A stretch of DNA of 64,000 nt from assembly GCA_030704615.1 (NCBI GenBank), contig CM060733.1, positions 26,040,001 to 26,104,000 of the forward strand. Direction: 5' to 3'. The translations under genes and the position numbers were made by a program. Every line of letters starts with the position of its first letter. The first letter of the stretch is position 1. The notes beneath the pieces were generated by a model, which was given only the letters and a program-made list of their open reading frames with translations, was not told where the DNA came from and searched no databases. The DNA is from Takakia lepidozioides (lineage: Eukaryota; Plantae; Bryophyta). Below are positions 11,460-24,403 of the stretch, piece by piece.

Positions 11460-12550
11460 ATGAGTTAACTTGTGTGTGGGGTGTCATCACTTTCGCCGGC
11501 TACTCAAAACAAATAGAGACACGGACTGGAGACAGGTGAGTGAGCTCACTAGATATAAGAGCCTTGGGTCTGGTCTTGAAGGGGAGCTTGTGCCGAATAA
11601 TGCCCACAACTTGCATTCCCACATTAACAGGAGCTGCCTTGACCGGTGAATCAAAGTCCATGACATGGGAGGGCTTCAGCTTTTTGAGAATCACTAGTGG
11701 CTTCTTCAGTGGAACTTTTGTGCCCTCCAGCTCATGGTAGCCAATGACAAATTTATATTTTTTCTGTGAGCAACAGTACATAATGCCTCAAAATACAGAA
11801 GTTTGCTCGAGCATTTCCCAGTTTCTTTCAAAGAATAATGTAGGCATGAAATTTCTGCTCCGAGTTTTTCAAGTCATTCATGTTTCCAAATGGCTAATAG
11901 ACAGATCTTTGTTATCAGGTACACAAGCTTCCACAAACTGCTTGGGCTGGTACATTTGGTTGCCAACCCTCATAACTGCTCACTAAGATTCTGCAGCCCC
12001 AGCTTTTGATGGCTGACCAAAGGAGCACTTTTAATGTGATAGAGGAATATGACTCTGAAATTTCTATTTCGAAAGCTCCAAATGTGGCAACTTCACACAA
12101 GTTATGCATCTGGAGAATTTACACCAGGGCTAAGTCCTCCCATTATTCTGTGATGAGAAATTTAAGAATGCTTTATGTATGTTATTAACTTTTCCACAAG
12201 CAAGTTAGGCCAAGGGACTGAACAGTACACCCATCTGCTGTGTCCAGCAAACCTGGATTAGATGCATCGAACCCTGGATATTGCATGAGCCACTAATGTA
12301 GCCAGGACACAGTCTAAAATCTTGGTGTCTCCTCGAGACAAACCATAGCATGGAGGCTCATTGTCAAAACTGATGTGAACACGTAGCGAAAATGAATAAA
12401 GAAAAAATGAAAGCATACCTCAGACGTAAAACACAGAGACCCGATGGTCAGATTGTGCGGGCTGGCAGCATGCTGGATTTCTAGAGAATCCTGGAGCTCC
12501 ACCATAGCCCACTCTTCACACTCTCCGCAGCCGCACTTCACCGGTATCTG
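11460..12550 (-). pseudogene. CTF8: Chromosome transmission fidelity protein 8 (Ctf18-RFC subunit), probably damaged copy
   Basis: Exon ~12550-12419 reads QIPVKCGCGECEEWAMVELQ...; exon 11763-11550 reads KKYKFVIGYHELEGTKVPLKKPLVIL...VVGIIRHKLPFKTRPKALIS. No in-frame ATG at the expected start (TGG), ELQG reads ELQD, and the last intron is very short. Confidence 0.8.
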
Positions 12551-13465
12551 CCACCTTTCCCATGGACTGCATAGGACATCAAGAGTCTTTTGACATGGTC
12601 AGGGTTGCTGAATACTAGAAGAAAAAACATCTGATTTGTGATGATTTCAATTGGTGAGAGTCACCAACTTGTGGACAGGAGGGATTGAGCAAACACAACA
12701 GGGAAGCATTTCCTGCAGAAACAAAAACCATTACCCTGTAGACTGAAAATGGTCCTTCACTACAGAAGATGGATTATCTGCCAGACTCTTTCTTCATTGT
12801 GACAAAGTGAACTCTGGAACCATCACCAGGCTTATTCTCATATCAATGTCATGAATAATAGGGAAATGGAATGAATCTAAGATTGAGATCCACAGACAGC
12901 AGCCTTAGTTACTGAGTAGGAAGAGAATGCATTAACCTTTCAGACAACTCATCTACATCCACCTAAAGTTGGCATGATCAAGAATGCTAGCTGCAACTAT
13001 TTTGCTGCTTATTGAACTCCTGACGTCTTCCTTCAAACAAACGGAGAGGAAACAGACTATCAAATAGACTGAAATGGGGAGGAGTCCATACTATATCCTC
13101 CTTGTGACCCTCAAGGCCTAGACTAGCCAAACTCGGTTTCCAAGCCAGGTTATTGCAGGCATGCAGCACTTACAAGCACTGCCCCTTGTTTCACAACAGA
13201 TGTTCTGACAAATTGTACTCAGTAGCATTTATCGTACAGGGATGCAAACAAACGCATATTGAGAGAGAGAACTCATCAAAACATAGTTTATGATAGCCTT
13301 GTGACCATAGACCTGCACCTAGTTTGCGTGGAACAAGAGGGAATGGATCACATTGTCTTTGTGAGGCTCAATCCTCTACTGGACTTACCTTGGTATAAAC
13401 AATTATTCAGGCTTTCCAGATGTCTTCTAGAAAACCCTTCACAAGGATCAATCTGCTGTGTGTGA

Positions 13466-13825
13466 CCTACCCAGCAATCTCCATGTGCGTTGACTACTCC
13501 ATCTCCCCACCTGTTTATTTCTCTCTCTCAAATCAATCTTTCTCTCCCACGCGTTTATTTCTCTCTCTCTCTCTGCGTTGACTAGTCCTCTTCCCCACTT
13601 GTTTACTTCTCTCTCTCTTTCCCTGTGTGTTCACTACTCTCTCTCTCCTTTTGCACATTCACTACTCCCACGCGAGCGTACCTACATAAATCAACTGTTT
13701 TTCTCTCTGCGTTCAAGGAATGACATCAAGGAGTGACGGTTTAAAGCAGTTCAAGAAGTTTTTAGACAGTTTAAGGAGTTCAAGAAGTTTTTATACAGTT
13801 CAAGGAGTTAGAGAAGTTATAGTTA
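13466..13825. repeat. CT-rich ~40-bp minisatellite followed by ~30-bp tandem repeat
   Basis: gcgttgactact/ctctccc..gtttatttctctctc units, then cagtt(c/t)aagragttcaagaagtt units. Confidence 0.6.
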
Positions 13826-14553
13826 TTGTTCTCATGGCAGATGACTGGTATAGGAACTCTGACCGGGAACTCCGATATTACCTCTTTTTTGTTTCAACTA
13901 AAATTAAATCCCTAGATATGATCACATCCCTCACACAGCCATAAACTACCGTACTTACCTAGCTTATTAGGCACTTCCACCAATAATAATTAATAAAAAT
14001 GGAATATTTTTAGGCAAATCCATTTTTATTATTTAGGCACATCGCCTAGGTTATTTCCAAATATAAGGCCCTTTGGATGTTGTGTGGACATGTAAAATGG
14101 TATGTTTTGTTTTCATTTATTTGGATTTTAAATAATATAATTTATGCATTGTTTCCACATATTTGGAAATTTTGGTATTTGTCAAATTTTTGGACTATTA
14201 GGCACTATTCAGGAAAATTTTCCAAGTTTTAGGCATATTTTTCAAAAATGCTCCAAATTTAATTGTGTACTTTGTTTAGGGTCACCTTTAAAATGAGGGC
14301 GAGGGAAGATCGGTAATAGTAATTCAATAATATATATTTTTAATTATTAAATATAGACGAGAGACAAAAATCTAAATCAATATTATTATGAAGTTTTAGT
14401 GAATTGAGACGTGTTTATCACTAAATTGAAGTGATATTTGGAAGTGATATTTGGAAGTGCTATTAACATTTAATACCCCCAGCCCAAAAAAAAAAAATGC
14501 ACCCAAAAAATCGAGAAATTCACTGAGGTGGAAAGATAAGAACAAATGTCACG

Positions 14554-17500
14554 TCATATCGGGTCTTCGTATTGTGAATGTTGTTTTGGAAATGGATCGA
14601 TTCTTCGATTGTTTATGCAATCTCTCAAGTGGGTTCTCATGGCGGATGTTGCGTATCGTGAATCTGCGATAATCCGAATGCTATATCCGTGGCATAAGCT
14701 ATCGTAAATACGCCACAGGATGAACTGTCACTTTGTTGCATGACATCTGCATAGAAATAATTGAATTGTGGGACTGGGATTATTTTTTGTAGATGTTGTT
14801 CTATTTCGCTCGGTAGCTTCTTATCCGCGGGCATGCTGGAATCAAACACCGTACATTGATGATTCGTTCCGTTCGGGTTTATCATGGTTAAAATCCAATG
14901 GTTGTTGTTCACGAACACGTGCTGCAGACATTTCTTGATGTATTTTGTTCTGCCCAATAGAGTCGAATACACATGTTGCTGGTAGTTTTGTGTTTCCAGT
15001 TCCTGATCAAATAGTATTTGCATCCCAGCCGCCAAATGCTGGTCACACAACCATCCGTTATCATCCAACAGGATTTGTTCGTCGTGCATCGTCAATATAA
15101 GATCTTCGTGCCAATATGTTTCTTGATGTATATGTGCGTGTTCTATGTTGGATTGTTTGTCTTCGGAGTCGATTTCTATGATTTCGACCGGTGTGGGAGA
15201 TAATTCTGAGCAAGTTTGGTTTTCATTTGGTTCTATTGGTGTGGGATGTTTGGCTTCAGAATCGTTTGTCACTTGTATTTTTTTGGACACATGTCTCGGT
15301 TGGATTGGATGTGGATGTGGATGTGGCGTTTTGATGGCAGGGTTGGTATTCACTGTGTTGATGTGTTCCGTGGTCTTGTATGATTTTTGTTCTTGGACAT
15401 TACAATCGGTTTGTGGAGTTATGAACTGCAGTGAGCCTGTCTTGAATTTGGCTGCTTGGATGTCTTCAAACTTGATGTCTCGAAGTATTATTAGCCCTTG
15501 TAGGGAACGCAAACGAGACAGTGTGACGTAGATATTGTGCATGTTCAACGGGTGTTCATCTGGTGGTTTTTGTAAGTCGATGACTATTCTGTCGAAAGTT
15601 TTGCCTTGACATTTGTAGTCGGTTAGGCAATAGGCGGGTATCAAAGGCAATTGGTGTCTGTTGATTTTGAATTTCTTTGGTTTTTTCTGTTCATCCTCCG
15701 TGTGGTGATAATCGAACGTTCTTGAAACGGGTGTAATCGGCACTACGTTTTCTGGAAGATTTTCTAAATTTACGTTGCTCAATGTTTGATGTTGACTGAT
15801 GAATTCGCTGAAGTCGATTAATACGTGATGTGGCGGGTGCATTAAGTTATCTTCCCGTACGATCCAATCGTCATCTGTTGTTGAGATCCCCACTATTTGT
15901 CCAACTGCACCGTTTACAAGCCCCAATCTAGGATACAAATTGTCGGTGAGCATGACTGTCATTCCTTTGTATAATCTCAAAAATGGAAGAAGATTGTGGC
16001 TTCTATTCTCGGGTACGGTCTGTCGGATTGTGAATTGGATCTCGTCGTGGAGTGCGTGCTTCTTGTAGGTGTCTGTCGCCACTATGGTGTAGGATGCGTG
16101 GTTAGATTTACGTGTGTAATATTCTATCATTTGGTGATTGATGGCGTTCTTTAACTGGTTACGAGGTACGATGTACGTTGCTTTATCCCAGGGTTCGTTG
16201 AGCGGGTTGACTTTCAGATTCGACATGAATCTTGTCTGTAATAATTTGAAATCCGTTTGGGTAAAGTTGTCTTCGCGTAGATTCTGTAGCAATTTTGCAT
16301 ATTGTACATCGTGGACTTGTCTCATTTGCTGGGTCAATATGATTGTGTTAGGGCGTATGTAATTTTCCCATAGGCTTTTGCCTATAATCTTTTTTTGTGT
16401 GTATTTTGTGAATGTGAATATGGGCTGTATGTTCGTTGAGTAGAGAGGCGCGTCGGTGACTGGTGGGAACTGCATGAAATCGCCCATGAACATTATGTTG
16501 AGTCCTCCGAATGGTAACATGTTTGATTTGAATTTTTGTAATTTCAGATGAATATCAGCGATCATGTTGCATCCGACCATAGATACTTCGTCTATAATCA
16601 AATAGTTAGTTCCCGACCATTCGTTTATGAAACTTTTTGTGTCGGATTCATTGATGCTCTGGCTGATTTTGAGTCCCAATAAAGTGTGGATGGTTGATCC
16701 CCCTATGAGGGTTGCGGCGTTGGCTGTGTAAGCACCGATTTTCAGGATTTTTGGTCTGTTGGTTTTATGAAGTACGTTTGCATTGCTTTAATTATTTCGG
16801 TCTTTCCCGTTCCGGCAGCACCTCCAACGTACATTAAAGTTTGTTTCCTTACATCGAGATGGTGATTTTGTGGGTCTATGAAACGTTCAAATGCTGATTC
16901 CTGCGAAGTGTTGAGCTTGTATTTTTTCATGACAAAATATTTAGCTATTTGATGTTGATCTGCATTGTGTACGATATCGGGATCTACATCGTAATTGTTG
17001 TCATCTGGGATGTCCATTGGTTTGTTTTTTGAAATCTCCCTTAATTCTGGATTTTTGTGGTGAAGTTTATCATTTTTAGATGACTGATTTGGATTTGCGA
17101 ACTCGTACAGTTCGTTGTCAATGCCAACGGGTGGATTTTTGGATTCGCGTAATGTTTTCAACCATTTATTGATCTGGGTTCTATTTGATTTTTTGGATGC
17201 AGTTTGGACCATTCCTATTTTTGGTGCGGTATGGGGTTGTGGTGATATTTTCCCGTTGGCATCTGTAACGAGCTTGTTGATAATTTCGGCCACGTAATTG
17301 TTTTCGCTTGTATTGCACATAAGATATTCGATTTGTAACTTCTGGCCATTTGTGACTATGTCTTCTGTATGTTTCGACGCTGAATTCTCGTCCACATATA
17401 TATCATCGTCATCGTCTCCGTGCATTTCGTCTGGCATCTCATTGTATAAGGGGTCGATGTTGATGTCTTCTGGGTTCTCGTCATCGTTTGGATTTTCGTT

Positions 17501-20500
17501 CTTCAGTAACAGTCTGTCGGAGTCTCGTGATTCTTTGCATTCATGTAGCATGCCGATATTTGCGATGATTTTGCTGTTGAATTCCGAACATATTGGATAT
17601 AATTCGTCGAGAGCGTCTTCCCAACTTTGTTGCGATCTTGGCTTTAAGTCGTGGATAGATCTCCATGGCATGAACAGAATACAAATAGCGCGAGCGTGCG
17701 TTGCCGCATCATTTTTTTTCGAAGGTATTTTGTAGCCTTGTATTATTGGCACTTTGGTTACTTGAGATTCATATACACTGTGGGTGTCACTTTGCGGATG
17801 TTCATGCATGAATTTGTAGTAGTACGGGCTTCTCACTTTGCACGATTTACTGCAGAACTCGTAAGGTGACATTTCCTTGAACTTGTGTGGCCTGCTTTGG
17901 TAGTCGATGCGAAAATTATACATAATCAACTTGTCGTTCTGTTTGGATCTTTCAACTTTGAATGTTTCGAAGGTGTTTTCGGGGTCGTTATCGTCAGGTG
18001 TGCTGTTCAGATCGTTGTTTCCATCTTTGTTCGATTGAGATTTTTCTTGTTCGCGAATCCATGCTGATAAACTATACCATGGCAAATATGCAAATTGGTG
18101 GTCTGTCAAATGGTCTGGATATTTCATAAGGTAACTGACTGCCCTTGTCGCCGAGATTTCTTGTTGCGATCCGATCGTGTTTAAACATCGAATTAGCAAT
18201 TTGCGGCTTTTCTCAACTGAATATTCGGAATATAGATCGTCATAAGTCGTTTTGATCTTTTTTACGGCTATTTGCAAAAGCGAATACATGTGTGATGTGT
18301 AGACGGAAGATTTTGTGATGTAATCCGTGATGTAGTATATTAGAGCCTTTGCGTCTTTCCCTGAAGCACCGATGAATTTCAAATCGTGGTTGCATCTTCC
18401 TGATACTAACATCCATATATTTGCGTTGTTCAACCATCTGTCGGTTCGTTTTATATGCAGCAGCCCGATTTCGTCGTCGAAATGCGTTTTTTCAACTAAG
18501 ACAGCGGGAAATCCGTATCTACAATTCTTTTTGAAAACGTCTTCGTTGGTTTTGTAACACGCAGGATTGCAGACGTGGCGATTGCATACATTCAGCAATT
18601 TTGAAACGTCGCGCGCAAAGTGAGCATAAAATTTTTTAGAGTGAACATCGGGAGATCTAGTAGTGCACGGATGGATTTCGGTGTTTACATTGTTTTCTTT
18701 GTTCTCGGAGTCAGTGGTATTGGTGGGTATATCGTCGTCGATTGGTATTTCGGATGTGAATTGGATCAAGTCGCGTACTATGATGTTGTCCAAATATGCC
18801 AGCATTTTTCGTTTGAATTCTTCGTCATCTTTTAGTTTTTGTACGAGGTCGTTTGGATTTGGGGCATTTTCTAGCCACAACAATGTGTGTATGTGAAGTG
18901 AACCATTTTTCGCGGTTTCATAACAACCGTAATATGCGTTTATGTTTCCAAGTACTCCTGTATTTGTTGTGGTAGTTTTGGCAGTCTCTCTGACACGGAG
19001 TAGGTATTTAAAAATTGCATTCACGATGATGTGTACAAATTTAGCTTGAGATCTCGGATTCGTAGTGGCAATTGCACGTCTTTCATTGTGGTCCGGGAGG
19101 TTGTCGTCGAAAAAAATGTCGAGATTGATGTCGTTCCCACTTAGTAGAGACACTAGAGGATGATGTACGAATGCTGGATTCAAAGTGAAGAATAAACTTG
19201 GTGTTCCCAACTGCTGCATCATGCTAAATATTTCGTTTCTCTGTGTTGCTCGACTGCTTCCAGATGCCATCACGTGTTTACTTGATACTTTCAAGTGTCG
19301 CAATAACTTTTGTATTTTCGGTTTGTTGTTTATTGATTTCACGTCGTCTATTATGTCGTTGAAGTCTTCTGAACGGATATTGTCAAGGAGTTGTGCTTCA
19401 CTTTGAAATGTCGATCTCGACACTGTCAATTTTGCGCCCAGGCATATTTGTCTACGTTGCATCAAATTGAACATGAAGAATGGAAACAAGTGGTGTTTCG
19501 AAAAGTCGTGATGGATATCGGTCAAACTCATCAAATACTCAACGTGGGCCTCCAAAGTTACTTTAATTGGACGGTTTTTCATTTCGGTTACGCCGATTCC
19601 AAACGGAAATAACGTTGGAAACATACACGCGATCAATTTTGGGTTTGCGTATTCGTTCACCATTTTGGTTTCATGCGTGTATGACAGATACATATTTTGT
19701 TGTAGTTGCAATCCATTTAAAGCGTTGGAGATTAGGTCGTTGTGCTTTATGTCAATTCCGTCAAAATCGATGAGTCCGGACGTGTCTATGACGGGCTGGA
19801 TCGTAGCGTCATTTTTGTTTATTGGTGTTTTTTGGTTGTGCAAATCCGTTATGTTGGTACGATGTTCAGCGTTGGCGAAGTCAATGTCCGTGGATTCAAA
19901 CACCGATCTCAAGATTGATGGTGGAATATCGTTCTCTGGTAGTCCATCCAATATGTCGTTATCAATTTGAATGTCTTTGTAACCCGTGTGATTATTTTTC
20001 AGCCATGTTAACCATGTCGTCACTGCAAGTCTACGTACGTATAGTAAATTACATGTTTTCACGACGTTAATGGGTGGATGTGAAGTGCCGACGAAGTGGA
20101 CGGCAACAATATCGGATAATGAATCTAAGGGTGGTGGCAATTTGTTTAGCAATTCGACCGCACGACCTGGATTTTGAGTAAAACTCACCAAATTTCCTCT
20201 CAATGCGCGTTGCCCCTTTCCGCCCTTATTTACATAACGTAATTTGAACAACATCACACGACAACGGTATCTTGCTATTAACGCTTCTTCAACCATGGTT
20301 AATTTTGGCAAAATGTCGTGAACTTTTCCAAACCACAAACCGTTAGCGAGTGCAAATTTTGGCATCTTGTTCTTTTTCAAGGTGGAACTGCAGTTTTTAC
20401 AAATGAAGATGGTGCGTGCATTATTTGATACTCCTCGTTTGTCCAATAACAACCCATTTAATTCGTCCAGCTGATGTTTTGTGTCATTGATCAATTCTTG

Positions 20501-21478
20501 GGGAACCTCTTGTAGGAGAATATGTTCTTCAAAGTGGTTTTCTACTTGTAAGCTGAGCCATTTCTTCATGTGTTTTAAGATCTCACTGTGTAATTCATCG
20601 ATTCTCCATTTCAACATGTTAGAGGTTACTATGTCTCTGCTGCAAACACAACAATATAGATTTGTGAAAGTCGCATTACTAATGTATTCGTTGAAGTTGG
20701 ATAAACAAAACAAGTTATTCTCCAGGCATATTTCTGGTGGGAACTCATGATCGTTCTTTGGTTTTTTTGCAAGAGTGCAATACATTTGTTCTCTTTTTCT
20801 TTTGAGTTTTTCCTTTTCTTCATTTTCGTGTGTAATATATTTCTGAATTTGTGCTGCACATATTTTATTTTTGATCAATGGATCTTGGTTTTTTTGGAAT
20901 GCATATTTTGCCCTTCGTTTCGCATTTGTTTCGTTTGGATCTATTTCCGTGGTTTGTGGTGGATTTTCGATTCTGAATTTTTGTCTACGTTTAGCATTTG
21001 TCTCGTCTGGATCTATTTCGGTGGTTTGTTGTGGATTTTCGATTCTGAATTTTTCCCTGCGTTTAGCATTTGTCTCGTCTGGATCTATTTCGGAGGTTTG
21101 TGGTGGATTTTCGATTCTGAAATTTTCCCTGCGTTTAGCATTTGTCTCGTCTGGATCTATTTCGGTCGTTTGTGGTGGATTTTCGATTCTGAATTTTTCC
21201 CTGCATTTAGCATTTGTCTCGTCTGGATCTATTTCGGAGGTTTGTGGTGGATTTTCGATTCTGAATTTTTCCCCGCGTTTAGCATTTGTCTCGTCTTGAT
21301 CTGTTTTGGTGGTTTGTGGTGGATGTTCCAGTTTGTATTTTTCCCTTCGTTTAGCATTTTTTACGTCTAAATCGAGAGTCGGTTGAGATTTACATTTTTT
21401 CCGTCGCTCATCATTTAATTTCTCTTTATTTAAAGCATACTTTGCCCGTCTCTTGGCATTAGCAATTTCTTTTTCCAT
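14554..21478 (-). CDS. Helentron/Helitron2-type RepHel polyprotein: N-terminal repeats, Cys-rich domain, HUH Rep, Pif1 helicase, Ulp1/C48-like cysteine protease; two frameshifts
   Basis: Rep motifs PSLFFTLNP, ETAKNGSLHIHTLLW and YYITDYITK; CKNC..KMPKFALANG. Pif1 motifs GAAGTGKT, AYTANAATLIGGSTIH (other frame), IIDEVSMV, GDFMQFPPV, LTQQMRQ, AYCLTDYKCQGKT and YVTLSR. Protease motifs HW..D..QQSDSSSCG. Frameshifts at ~16765 and ~14670. Confidence 0.93.
20900..21360 (-). repeat. 72-bp (24-aa) coding tandem repeat in the RepHel N-terminus, ~6 copies
   Basis: ETNAKRREKFRIENPPQTTEIDPD units. Confidence 0.95.
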
Positions 21479-22669
21479 TTTAACTTAGAACTATACACAT
21501 CTGAAAATATGAATTATAAATAAATAATTATATTGACGGTGGACATATTATTATTATTATTATTATATTTTGTTTTTCAGGATGAGGGGGATTGTAGCCC
21601 TGTAAATGTATTAAAAAGGGGATAACATTCGCGTTTTGATAAAATAAATAATAACTGTTCAGATTTATATAAAATTTTAATGAAAATAGTTGTTTTTGAT
21701 AAAACTCATCTCTTGATAAAAACAATTATCATTGTTAAAAATCCAGGTTGATAAAAACAAACGTTTTTGATAAAAATCATTTGTCTTGATAATGATGTTG
21801 ATATTGATATTGATAATGATAAAATTGATGATAAAATTGATATGATATTGATATTCATAATCAGTCTTCATACCTTCTTGCCCTGAATCATCACCCCACC
21901 CTAAAACCATAAGTTTGCAATCATGATACACAATCTCAGAAAATTCTAAAAAGTGTACTATTGTCACCGCTCAATTGTCTGAAAAGCTTGCAGACATTTA
22001 TGCGAGATCAGGAATGAGCTTTTAGGATAGTTTCGAGATCCTCTCATACGAAGATATGAGTTTGGTGCACTGTGAGAAATTTGGGCTGGCTGTGGACCCA
22101 CCAGTATCTCCCAATGAGTTTTCTTTTGGTGGTCCAACCGTCTATCTAGCAGACATGTCGGTAGAAGTAGAGCATGATGCAGCCAGAAGAATTTTCAAGA
22201 GGCAGTGGACAACCATGGCTATGGTAGGAGGCAAATGCTATGCTTTTGAGTTTTAGCTACTACTTGTTGGCCAGTAATCTAGGGGCTTGCTATGCAAGGA
22301 TTAGGTGTTGACCTAAGGGACCATAATCAATGAAATCTGACTGTACAACAAAGATATTTTCTCTTGCCGTAAATGCATAATAGAAAATGTACCTGGAAGC
22401 ATCATTCGATTAGGGACCCTCTCACAATCGGTTATTTTTTGGCAGCAACACCTAGTGAAGACGAAAGGCATAGTCCATTGATGTTTGATTCAAACCCAGC
22501 TATGCTGATTGAGGAATTCCAATAGGAGATGGCCCTTCATAAAACCAGGAAAATCCCACATCAGAACGTATAGGCTTACAAATACATACAGATCCATTTC
22601 CACTTTTTCAGTGCTCAAAGACTGGCACATGCATCAGAATACACATGAGGTTCACCTACCAGGCATAAT

Positions 22670-23880
22670 TCATTCACTCAACCAGTAACTTGCAGATTTC
22701 AATAAGAGGGGAAAACAGGGTGAAATGTTTTGAAGGCACTTCATCTGCCCAGACAATCTTCTCAGCTCAGCATGGATTTCCTTAATTCTGGGATGCCATC
22801 TACAGCGAAGGTGTGCACTTTTGTTGCAAATCTCAATGCAGCAGTGACCTACCTCCTTTCTAACCCTTCTGACCTTCATCATTCTTCTCACCAACTCCTG
22901 TTTTTGCGATGCAACCATGCACCCCTTCACTCATTTCCAAGGCTGCCAGGATTTGCACAAGCATTGCAAATGCACACAAACATGATGTGGCGAGGCTTCA
23001 CCCCTTCCCCCATAATTTGCTCATAGGTCTCCGAAACCTCCATCCCACGTCCTACCCTGCAAGCAACGCGTTCCACGACATCACATTTCATTCAGCATTA
23101 TAGTGGAACACTGCCTTCGCATCCTTGATGCTCCCACATTTGGCATACATCTCCACGAGGGCATTGTTAAGAATAACATTGGGTACAATTCCAGCTTTGA
23201 CGATGTCACCATGGACCTCTTTCCCCTTTTCCAGGGCTCCCAAGCTTGCACATACAAATTACGGTGATGTGGTTGGGCTTCACCCCTTCGCAGAATACAC
23301 ATAAGTTCCTTTGGTTTGCATCCTCAATGCACCCAAATTTGGCATACATGCCCACAAGGATATCGTACAGAATCACATCTGGTACAATTCCAGCTTTTGC
23401 GATACAACCACGCACCTCTTGCCCTTTTCCAGGGCTGCCAGGCTAACACAAGCATTGGAATCACAAACAAACGTGATGTGGTTGCCCTCACCCCTTTGCA
23501 CATCATTTGCTCATAGGTCTCCAAAGCCTCCATCCCGCGCCGCTGCTGTGCATACCCTACAAGCATCGCGTTGGGCAGTGTTCATAATGACATCTGGTAC
23601 AATTCCAGATTTGACGATGTCACCATGGGCCTCTTTCCCCTTTTCCAGGGCTGCCAGGCTAGCACACGCACTGCAAATGCAAACATACGTGCCTTTAGTT
23701 GACCATCTACCCATGCAGGTTACTTGTAGCTATTGATCCACAGAGAATCATAGGTAATCTGGAGCTTGAAGTCCGGTCCCCTTGGATGAATCTGGACCCA
23801 CACTCTATCCCTGCTCCTTCAACTATCCATGCCTCTGCACAAATCATGCATACATCCTTGCCTTGCTGCTAGCAGCTGAC
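22670..23880 (-). pseudogene. PLS-class PPR pseudogene (copy B) with E+/PG-box remnant
   Basis: Frameshifted PLS motifs; VRKEVGHCCIEI..HPRIKEIHAELRRLSGQMK; its 5' segment 23695-23735 matches 28880-28920 of copy A. Confidence 0.75.
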
Positions 23881-24403
23881 AATGACAGCCTGTGACAGGC
23901 TCAATAAACTCTGGAATAGAGCTCCAAAGCCTCCATCCCGCGCCCCTGCTGTGCATACCCCTGCAAGCATCGCGTTCCACGACACCACATCTCGTTCAGC
24001 CATAATGCTGAAATTAACTCCATTCGCATCCTTAATGCACCCACATTTGGCATACATGTCCACCAGGGCAGTGTTCAGGATGACATCTGGAACAATTCAA
24101 GCTTTGACGATGTCACCATGGACCTTTTTCCCCTTTTCCAGAGCTCCCAGGCTTTCACACGCATTGCAAACACAAACAAACGTGATGTTCTTGGTTTTCA
24201 CCCCTTCACACATCATTTGCTCATAGGTCTCCAAAGCCTCCATCCCGCACCCTTGCTGTGCATATCGTGCAATCATCACACTCCACGACACCACATCACG
24301 TTCAGCCATACTCCATTTGCATCCTCGATGCACCCACATCGCATACATGTCCACCAAGGCAGTGTTCAGGATGACATCTGGTACAATTCCAGCTTTGACG
24401 ATG

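Noticed and set aside
8848-21478. Endogenous giant virus or bacterial/phage contamination as source of the SSB-like and helicase genes
   Set aside because: No capsid, polymerase or packaging genes; the helicase is fused to an HUH Rep; the region is interleaved with intron-containing plant genes
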